A DNA stretch of 26,124 nt, taken from positions 1 through 26,124 of the IMG/VR virus record IMGVR_UViG_3300032266_000445. One strand, given 5' to 3'. Numbering within the stretch: the first letter of the stretch is position 1; each line of letters begins with the position of its first letter. The position numbers and the translations under genes were made by a program. The notes beneath the pieces are model-generated. The model did not search any database and was not told the origin of the DNA. It saw nothing but the letters and a program-made list of their open reading frames with translations. Source of the DNA: a virus. Its lineage: Duplodnaviria > Caudoviricetes. Of the stretch, positions 1 to 7,043 are shown piece by piece.

Positions 1-69
1 GGTTGGCGAAGCCCTGACGAAATTCTCTGATCTATAACTCACTGAACTTTAAGTTAATACAAATAATCC

Positions 70-97
70 TTGTTCTAAAATAAAATCAGCGTATAAA
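70..97 (+). promoter_or_regulatory. Possible sigma70-like promoter for a leaderless terS transcript
   Basis: TTGTTC(70-75)-16 nt-TATAAA(92-97)-6 nt-ATG(104). Geometry resembles the clearer promoters at 11417-11522, but consensus is weak and the context AT-rich. Confidence 0.3.
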
Positions 98-103
98 AAT
101 TAA

Positions 104-808
104 ATGGCAACCCACCAAGAAATAGCAGACGCTTGGGGTTGTTCCCAGCCTTATATTTCAAAGCTGAAGAAGATGGGAATGCCTACTGATACCATCGAAA
201 ACGCTACAGCTTGGAGGGAGTCGAATAGGGAGAGGTCGAGCAGGGTAATCAAGACAGGCAGTATATCTGGAGGAATTGAAATCCCACCAGAAACAGGCAA
301 TCCAGTTAACCCTAGCGATCTGATGCGTGACGACATTTATGGATGCTTGGCGAGAGCGAGACAGACAGAGAAAGTTGCATATGCCATCCTTCATCAAGCG
401 CAGGTGAACAGAGAGTCAGGTCGATTGCCTAATCTGGTCAAGGCTCATAGGGAAGCAGTCAAAAGCAGAATGGAGGCAGAGATTAAGGTCGAAACCTTAC
501 AGACTGCGATGGGTTCAAAGATAGATGCTGATGTGGCTAGGGCGATCTTCTCAAGATACATGATGACGATTCGAAACCTTATGGAAGGACTTGGAGCGAG
601 CGTTTGCAGAAGGGCAAACCCAAGCGATCCAGAGTTGGCGAAAGAAGCAATCGCAGATGGTGTAAAGCAGATCATATCAGTCATCGAAAAAACCAAGGGT
701 GGCTTATTTACTGAAGATGCAAAAGATATTGACACTGAAGCAAATGAACCCACTTTGAGCAGAAATGAAGACGCAGTACCCCAAGCTATTGAGGCTGAAG
801 TTAAGTGA
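104..808 (+). CDS. terS: Terminase small subunit (Nu1-like)
   Basis: N-terminal HTH (THQEIADAWGCSQPYISKLKKMGMP) followed by helical/coiled-coil region; upstream of a GpA-type large terminase. Confidence 0.8.
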   Translation: MATHQEIADAWGCSQPYISKLKKMGMPTDTIENATAWRESNRERSSRVIKTGSISGGIEIPPETGNPVNPSDLMRDDIYGCLARARQTEKVAYAILHQAQVNRESGRLPNLVKAHREAVKSRMEAEIKVETLQTAMGSKIDADVARAIFSRYMMTIRNLMEGLGASVCRRANPSDPELAKEAIADGVKQIISVIEKTKGGLFTEDAKDIDTEANEPTLSRNEDAVPQAIEAEVK

Positions 809-1370
809 GATACAAGGGGCTGGTTACAATCCTAGAAAAATTACTTCAGAGGCGATGGGTCGTCTCACGAAAAGCGTTGCAGATTTGGGGGATCTCCAAC
901 CCATCACGATCAATGTTCGGACTGGAAACAGGATCATCGGGGGTCATCAGAGGTTTAAGATTTATCAAGCTATGGGGCGGGACGAAATCGATGTCTGGGC
1001 AGTCGATCTTCCAGAAGAAAAGGAAAAGGTCGCAAACCTCGCCCTCAACAATCTTGCGGGTGAATTCGACAACGAAGCACTCAAAAATCTCCTTGAAGAA
1101 ATAGACCAGACAAATCTCGATCTTCAGCTTACAGGCTTCTCAAATGAGGAGATCGAAAAAATGATGCTGGCAACTCCTCCAGAGCCAGAGATAGGTGAAA
1201 AGGGCGAATCTGATCTTGGTGATATTGAAATGATTCCTCTTTATATTGAGAAAAAGAATCTCAAAGACTTTCTGGGAAAAATCAAAAAGATAGGCGAATA
1301 CAACAAAGTGGAAGGAACAGCCGAAATCATCAAGGACTGCGTGGATCGTACTTATGGGTCTTTGGGCTAA
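765..1370 (+). CDS. ParB/Srx-like N-terminal domain protein
   Basis: YNPRKI...LTKSVADLGDLQPITIN...IIGGHQR...NLALNNLAGEFD...LTGF matches the phage ParB-like domain often found beside terminases. Acidic linker and short C-terminal domain follow. Confidence 0.88.
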   Translation: MKTQYPKLLRLKLSEIQGAGYNPRKITSEAMGRLTKSVADLGDLQPITINVRTGNRIIGGHQRFKIYQAMGRDEIDVWAVDLPEEKEKVANLALNNLAGEFDNEALKNLLEEIDQTNLDLQLTGFSNEEIEKMMLATPPEPEIGEKGESDLGDIEMIPLYIEKKNLKDFLGKIKKIGEYNKVEGTAEIIKDCVDRTYGSLG

Positions 1371-1881
1371 AACAAAGAGGAAAACAGACGAGGTTGCAAT
1401 AGTCTGTTGTGGGGATGCGAACAGCCGACACGCTTGGTCGGCAACATTCATGGCCGAGGATTGCTTTCGGAACATGATCTATCCTCACCTGTTTTTCTTT
1501 TCCCCTCACACAGCAAAGCAGAAGCAAAACAAAAAATTCCTTAATGAGAAAGGGCATCCAGTCTGGTTCTGTGGGTCAAGCCAACAGGCGGGGCTGGAAA
1601 TCATCTACAAGCTTTCACGATTTAGAATAAGGGCGTGGGTCGGAGTTGCTCCACAAGTTCCAGAGTCATATTCAGTGATTCGCACTGGTGTTCAGTTTCT
1701 ATGGAAAATGCGTCCAGCTAGAGACATCATTTTTACCGACAAACCAATGGATGATGTGCTGATGAATTGGGCATTCGATGACCTCAAGCAAGTAATGACT
1801 GTTATTTGCCAAACCAATGCCGAAAAGATTCTTTATCCAATAGGAACAAATGTAATAAGCGTTTCGGAGACTTTAAAATGA
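1354..1881 (+). CDS. Hypothetical protein, possibly a degenerate N6/N4 DNA methyltransferase fold
   Basis: Coupled to both neighbours. IVCCGDA recalls the RLxCGDS start of ParB-linked MTases, but no DPPY or FxGxG motif is present. Confidence 0.45.
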   Translation: MGLWAKTKRKTDEVAIVCCGDANSRHAWSATFMAEDCFRNMIYPHLFFFSPHTAKQKQNKKFLNEKGHPVWFCGSSQQAGLEIIYKLSRFRIRAWVGVAPQVPESYSVIRTGVQFLWKMRPARDIIFTDKPMDDVLMNWAFDDLKQVMTVICQTNAEKILYPIGTNVISVSETLK

Positions 1882-3668
1882 CAGGGGAAGAACTTGAAGT
1901 GCTGGCACATGGATTCTGGTTGCCAAGGCGTGATCTTTCGGTGACTGAGTGGGCAGAAGCCAATCTGTATCTTTCAGAAAGAGTCTCTTCCACTGCGGGG
2001 CCATATTCCACCCTTCTCACACCCTATGTTCGGGAGCCAATGGAAAACTTTCGAGACGAAAAGACAAGAGTATTGATTCTATGCTGGGGAGCACAGACGG
2101 CTAAAACTACCTCCATCTTGGCTGGCATGGCCTACAGGCTCGATATGAAACCAATCCCCACGATGTGGGTCATGCCTAATGAGAACTTGGCTAGGTCATT
2201 CTCCGAATATCGCTGGTTGCCAATGGTCGATGATTGCGATGCTTTGGCTAGGCACAAACCAAAAAATCTGGACAAATACAAGCTGATGGAACAGCACTTT
2301 GATAAGATGTCGGTTTGGTTTTTTGGCAGTAATAGTCCAGCAAATCTCGCATCTCGTAGTGTAGGCTTACTGATTTGCGATGAAACTGATAAGATGGCAG
2401 AAGCAACATCCAAGGAGGCAAACTCCCTAGCCTTGGCAGAGGTGCGAACCAAGACCTATCCGCTTTCCTTAACAGTTCAGACATCCACCCCTACGACTGA
2501 TTATGGGCATATATGGCAAGCGTTTAAGCGAGGAGATCAAAGATATTATCATGTCCCCTGCCCATTCTGCAAGGAAGAGCAGGTTTTAAATTGGCCTAAT
2601 GTGAAATGGGATGAGGGAGCCAGAGGAGCAGATGGTGAGTGGGACAATGAAAAGGTTAAGGCAAGTGCTTACTATGAATGTTCGGCTTGCAAGGGAAAGA
2701 TCACAGACGGACACAAAACAAAGATGCTTCGACAAGGCAAATGGAAACCAACAAACCTTAATCCAGAGCCACAGGTAAAATCCTACCATCTATCAGGCAT
2801 ATATTCGCCTTGGGAGACCTTTGGCAAGCTGGCAGTGCAATTCTTAAACGACAAGAAAAGCGTTATGGGATTGCAGAATTTCGTTAATTCAGTGCTGGCA
2901 CAGCCTTGGGTAGAAACAGAGCAAGAAGAGGAAGTCAGGGTTACTGGGTCGGGTTATCGTATGGGGCAGAAGTGGGAGGAGGCAACTAAGAGAATCATCA
3001 CGGCAGACATTCAAGAGGCAAAAGGATTCCATATGTGGGTTGTGGTTCGAGGCTGGAACGCCAAGGGAGAGTCAAAGCTAGAATGGTGCGGGAGACTGGA
3101 ATCTTGGGATGCCCTACGATCCACCCAGTTAGATTGGAAGGTTGAAGATAAAATGGTTTTCTGTGATAGCGGAGCCAATACTAGGGAAGTTTATTATCAA
3201 GCCTGTAGATGGGGATGGACTTGCTTGCTTGGGTCAGATAGTCAACAATTCGTTCACATGACATCCACTGGTCGGACGATTCGCCCCTATTCAACAATCA
3301 ACTGGGGTGATCCTCTTTCGGGTACAGGTAGGTCAGCACAGAGCGAGGGTCTAGTGAAATCAAAATGCCCTGTGATTAGGTGGTCAAATCCAGCGGTAAA
3401 GGATATACTTTCGATGCTTAAAAATGGCAAGATGAGCAAGTGGGAGATCCCAGACGATTGCCCCGAAGACTGGCACAACCATATGAACGCAGAAATCAAG
3501 AAGGCAAAGTTTAATCCCCTTTCTGGAAGAACAAAGATGATATGGGTAAGGATTCGAAGGGATAATCACTTGTTCGATGCTGAAGCCATGAACCTAGTCG
3601 GAGCTATGCTTTCGGGATGTATGCCTACCCCTCAATCCGAAAAGATCGATGAGGATGCCGAAAAATGA
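1878..3668 (+). CDS. terL: Terminase large subunit, lambda GpA family
   Basis: TPYVREPM adenine-binding region, Walker A variant WGAQTAKTT, Walker B LLICDETD, coupling motif TSTPT, GDQRYYHVPCPFC...YECSAC, nuclease NHLFDAE. Start placed at ATG 1878 (ATGA overlap with the upstream stop) rather than 1806. Confidence 0.96.
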   Translation: MTGEELEVLAHGFWLPRRDLSVTEWAEANLYLSERVSSTAGPYSTLLTPYVREPMENFRDEKTRVLILCWGAQTAKTTSILAGMAYRLDMKPIPTMWVMPNENLARSFSEYRWLPMVDDCDALARHKPKNLDKYKLMEQHFDKMSVWFFGSNSPANLASRSVGLLICDETDKMAEATSKEANSLALAEVRTKTYPLSLTVQTSTPTTDYGHIWQAFKRGDQRYYHVPCPFCKEEQVLNWPNVKWDEGARGADGEWDNEKVKASAYYECSACKGKITDGHKTKMLRQGKWKPTNLNPEPQVKSYHLSGIYSPWETFGKLAVQFLNDKKSVMGLQNFVNSVLAQPWVETEQEEEVRVTGSGYRMGQKWEEATKRIITADIQEAKGFHMWVVVRGWNAKGESKLEWCGRLESWDALRSTQLDWKVEDKMVFCDSGANTREVYYQACRWGWTCLLGSDSQQFVHMTSTGRTIRPYSTINWGDPLSGTGRSAQSEGLVKSKCPVIRWSNPAVKDILSMLKNGKMSKWEIPDDCPEDWHNHMNAEIKKAKFNPLSGRTKMIWVRIRRDNHLFDAEAMNLVGAMLSGCMPTPQSEKIDEDAEK

Positions 3669-3946
3669 GCCTTAAACTGGCTTTATCGTGGCTTTTGTAT
3701 CAAACAGGGCATTTATACAGCTTTTTCATGTTAAGCACAGGATTGGGCTATTGGCTCTATCGTCAGCTTATGCTCTGGTCATGCGATCTGGATGAAAATG
3801 CAATTATCTGGAAGCGTGTTAACAAGCGCAATAAATATAAGAGAAAGTTGACAGCTACACAAAAGCATGGCTGTGCAAGGCGTATATTTCGGACTCGATC
3901 TAACCACAGTAACAAACATTCGAACCGAAACACTAAACGCCATTGA
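3665..3946 (+). CDS. Small hypothetical protein with hydrophobic N-terminal half
   Basis: ATGA-coupled to the terL stop. Hydrophobic/aromatic N-terminus; the basic tail overlaps the next gene by 80 nt. Confidence 0.5.
   Translation: MSLKLALSWLLYQTGHLYSFFMLSTGLGYWLYRQLMLWSCDLDENAIIWKRVNKRNKYKRKLTATQKHGCARRIFRTRSNHSNKHSNRNTKRH
3848..3853 (+). promoter_or_regulatory. TTGACA motif 13 nt upstream of ATG 3867
   Basis: One of six TTGACA-N13-17-ATG sites at structural-type gene starts; no SD present. Confidence 0.55.
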
Positions 3947-4124
3947 AGCTATCTTGAAAACTGGTGCTTCATATAGTATTGGTGGTCGGCAACTTACAAG
4001 AGCTAATTTACAAGAATTACAGAACACAGTCATGGAATGTACGGCGGCTATCAATCGCTTGTCTGGGCCGAGAGCTAGAATCAATCGCACTTTCCCAGAT
4101 TATTCAAGGGGCGGTAGGAGTTGA
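3867..4124 (+). CDS. Head-to-tail joining / head completion protein (gpW-like)
   Basis: 85 aa; AIEAILKTGASYSIGGRQLTRANLQEL matches the helix-hairpin-helix pattern of gpW-like proteins; lies between terL and portal. Confidence 0.85.
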   Translation: MAVQGVYFGLDLTTVTNIRTETLNAIEAILKTGASYSIGGRQLTRANLQELQNTVMECTAAINRLSGPRARINRTFPDYSRGGRS

Positions 4125-4141
4125 TATAAATAGCGATATTT

Positions 4142-4615
4142 ATGAATTATATCGATAAAATGCTCGAAAAAGTGGATAAGATGCAAACAGACCTAGAGAT
4201 TCAAAAGGCTCCAGTCGAAGTTCTTACAGAAATCGCCCCCAAGAACAACGGAGATATTATTGTTACCAAGCTCCTATATGTGCAGAATCAATTTCGTATT
4301 TATCATTGGCAGACAAAGAGTTATGCGAATCATAAAACTTTCGGCAACATTTACGAAAAGCTGGATGAGTCTATTGATGAACTTCTTGAAACTTATTTTG
4401 GCAAGTATGGAAGAGCGCAAGCAACCACAAACTTTAATATTTCATTGATGAACTTGGTTGATGGTGCTGGTGTGACTTTAGCCAATCAAACAATAGACTT
4501 TATGATGGGTGAATTTACTAGAAGCATTAAACAATCCGATACCGATTTATTGAACCTTCGGGATGGAATTGTCGGAGAACTGAACAGGTTCAAATATCTA
4601 ATTAGCCTATACTAA
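4142..4615 (+). CDS. Ferritin/Dps-like four-helix bundle protein (DUF5856-type)
   Basis: QFRIYHWQTKSYANHKTFGNIYEKLDESIDELLETYFGKYGR...DLLNLRDGIVGELNRFKYLISL. Confidence 0.8.
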   Translation: MNYIDKMLEKVDKMQTDLEIQKAPVEVLTEIAPKNNGDIIVTKLLYVQNQFRIYHWQTKSYANHKTFGNIYEKLDESIDELLETYFGKYGRAQATTNFNISLMNLVDGAGVTLANQTIDFMMGEFTRSIKQSDTDLLNLRDGIVGELNRFKYLISLY

Positions 4616-4616
4616 T

Positions 4617-5045
4617 ATGAAAATCCTAGAACTTATTGACCAAGCTTTATCAATGCTGGAAGACACAAGCAGAGCAACAGCCATGTTTGCCAGACTTATG
4701 AAGTTGTCGCATGAGATCACTCATCCAGAACACCCCACAAATGGAGAGGCCAAGGCTGAATTCTACAAGGTGAAAGAGGAATTGCTGAAAGAATCTAAAT
4801 ACGCTATTGCTAGAGCCTACCAAGTGAACACAAAGATTCCTCCAACCCAAGACAAAAACATTGTGGCTCATTATTATGACGATGCCTTGCAGTATATCGA
4901 TAAACTTGGCTTCAACATTGATTTACCTCGCAGAAAAGATAATGCTACTGAGGACATGGGGGCGAAGGAAGGGCGATGCTGGGAAGGCTATCAGCCAGTA
5001 GAAGGTGTTGCCCCATATGCAAAGGGAAGTTGCGAAAAGAAATAA
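4617..5045 (+). CDS. Hypothetical head-module protein with C-terminal CWxGY mini-domain
   Basis: Fits tightly between neighbours; helical body and terminal GRCWEGYQPVEGVAPYAKGSCEKK. Confidence 0.7.
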   Translation: MKILELIDQALSMLEDTSRATAMFARLMKLSHEITHPEHPTNGEAKAEFYKVKEELLKESKYAIARAYQVNTKIPPTQDKNIVAHYYDDALQYIDKLGFNIDLPRRKDNATEDMGAKEGRCWEGYQPVEGVAPYAKGSCEKK

Positions 5046-5048
5046 TCT

Positions 5049-7043
5049 ATGCCCGATTTAAACCTATTCGAGAAGGCACTCTCTGTAATTAACCCTAATT
5101 TCGGGGTCAAACGGCTTGCGGATAAATGCAAACTGATTGAATTTACAAGGTTCGCTGGGGCATATCCTCTTCGGGATAGACTTCCTTCTCGCCCCCTTTC
5201 TGGTGGTGAAGGCTATTCTGCTACCTATGAACGGCTGGAGCTTTTAAAAGCTGGTCGTGACCTAGAAGACAATAATCCTATTGTTCGCTCTATTCTGCTC
5301 AAATTCTCGCAGTATGCCCTCGGAAATTTTCGCTATATGTCCCGCACTGGGGATAGGCAAGTCGATCAAGCTTATGAGGATTACTGGAATGCTTGGTGCA
5401 AGCGTTGTGATTTCTTCGGACGACACACTTTTCAAGCCTTGTCTCATCTTGCCCTTCGCTCAGTTCTTCGGGACGGAGATGTGGGATTCGTGATTACTAG
5501 GGAACGCTCCATCGATGGACAAGTAGATCCGAACAGCGACATCAGACTTCAAGCGGTAGAGGCAGATCGTATTGGAGGAGCTTTTGATAATCCCACTTCT
5601 TCACAGGAATATATCGCTGGACTGAAATTTGATGAATATGGTCGCACCGTTGCCTACAAAGTTTATCGGCGCACTCAAGGCAATTTCTATACAGACGCAC
5701 AGGATATTCCCGCACAAAGTTTCCTATTGATCTATGATCCCCTTCGACTGGACGAGGTTCGTGGGCGTAGCCATCTCGCTTCGGTTGTGAACTATTGCAA
5801 GGACTTAGCCGAAACGATGGATGCCGAAAACCTCGCCGTAAAGAATGCGGCGTTTCGCATTATGACGATCTCGAATGCTACTGGATCTTCGGACGATCCC
5901 GCATCCTACTTTAACCAAGCGCAAACTGATTCTTACGGCAATACGATCAATCTGGAAAATATGCAGAGAGGTCAGGTGAACTACATCCCCACTGGATCTG
6001 AAATGAAGATGTTCGAGAGCAACCGCCCATCCTCGGCTTTCCAAGGATATGTCGATTTAATCGTTCACATGATTGCCTTGGCTTTCAATCTTCCTTTTGG
6101 ATTCTGCTATGATCTATCCAAGTTGGGTGGCCCCACAGTTAGGCTTGAAATGGCTCTTGCCTCACGGACTTTTAAAAGATGGCAGACGATCTTCGAGGAT
6201 CGCTTCTTTGATAGAGTCAAGAATGTTGTGTTGGCAGACGGAATCGCTAGAGGCAAAATCCCACCGATTAAGAATTTCACAAACGGAAAATGGATCTATC
6301 CATCGGATTCTACCATTGATGTCGGGCGTGATTCACAGGCTAATATCAGCTTATTTAAGGCAGGTCTGATGACGGCGGCAGAGGCATACGGAGTAAAAGG
6401 AGAGGACTACGAGGAAGCACTTCGGCAAAGGGCTTATGAAGTAAAGCTTGCCAAGGATTTATCAAAGGAAATGGATGTTCCAATCGAATCAATTTCAGAG
6501 GCTTTCAAGCCATCACAGCCATCATTCCCTATGCCAGCACCCGCACCAGAAGCGGAACAGGCTCCAGTCGAACAACCAAAACAAGAGGAAGTCAAGGCTT
6601 CTCCACAATATCTGAATGACGATTTTATCCCAAGAGCCAGACGGACGAATCCATCCAAGCAATTTACTACTCAAGATGCAGAAATGATTCTGGATGCCAT
6701 CGAAATGCAGTCGATTGATGACATCGATCTTACTCCCTCTGAGGGCATGGTCGAAGCGGCCAAGTCTGCTTTGCGAGTAAGGGCTGAAAAGCCAGCCAGC
6801 CAGCGTGGAATGACGCAGGTAGGAATCGCAAGAGCTAGGGACATTATTGGAAAGAAACGGCTATCTCCTCGCACTTGGCGTAGAATCTACAGCTTTCTAT
6901 CACGGCATGAGGTGGACAAGAAGGGTTCCACATGGAACGAACACGGCAAGGGATGGCAAGCCTACAACGGCTGGGGTGGCGATGCGGGACTACGCAGGGC
7001 TGAAAAGATTGTAGCTCAACTAGACAAACTACGGAGCAAATAA
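5049..7043 (+). CDS. Portal protein, lambda family, with C-terminal accessory domain
   Basis: GRDLEDNNP, RSVLRDGDV, LQAVEADRI, GLKFDEYGRTVAYKV, RLDEVRGRS, IDVGRD motifs. Pro/Glu/Gln linker near 6510-6600 and an extra ~110-aa domain at ~6711-7040. Confidence 0.95.
   Translation: MPDLNLFEKALSVINPNFGVKRLADKCKLIEFTRFAGAYPLRDRLPSRPLSGGEGYSATYERLELLKAGRDLEDNNPIVRSILLKFSQYALGNFRYMSRTGDRQVDQAYEDYWNAWCKRCDFFGRHTFQALSHLALRSVLRDGDVGFVITRERSIDGQVDPNSDIRLQAVEADRIGGAFDNPTSSQEYIAGLKFDEYGRTVAYKVYRRTQGNFYTDAQDIPAQSFLLIYDPLRLDEVRGRSHLASVVNYCKDLAETMDAENLAVKNAAFRIMTISNATGSSDDPASYFNQAQTDSYGNTINLENMQRGQVNYIPTGSEMKMFESNRPSSAFQGYVDLIVHMIALAFNLPFGFCYDLSKLGGPTVRLEMALASRTFKRWQTIFEDRFFDRVKNVVLADGIARGKIPPIKNFTNGKWIYPSDSTIDVGRDSQANISLFKAGLMTAAEAYGVKGEDYEEALRQRAYEVKLAKDLSKEMDVPIESISEAFKPSQPSFPMPAPAPEAEQAPVEQPKQEEVKASPQYLNDDFIPRARRTNPSKQFTTQDAEMILDAIEMQSIDDIDLTPSEGMVEAAKSALRVRAEKPASQRGMTQVGIARARDIIGKKRLSPRTWRRIYSFLSRHEVDKKGSTWNEHGKGWQAYNGWGGDAGLRRAEKIVAQLDKLRSK

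Noticed and set aside
1806-1877. Longer terL start at 1806 given in the ORF track
   Set aside because: The extension overlaps the upstream gene and looks non-protein-like; ATG 1878 gives a typical ATGA coupling.
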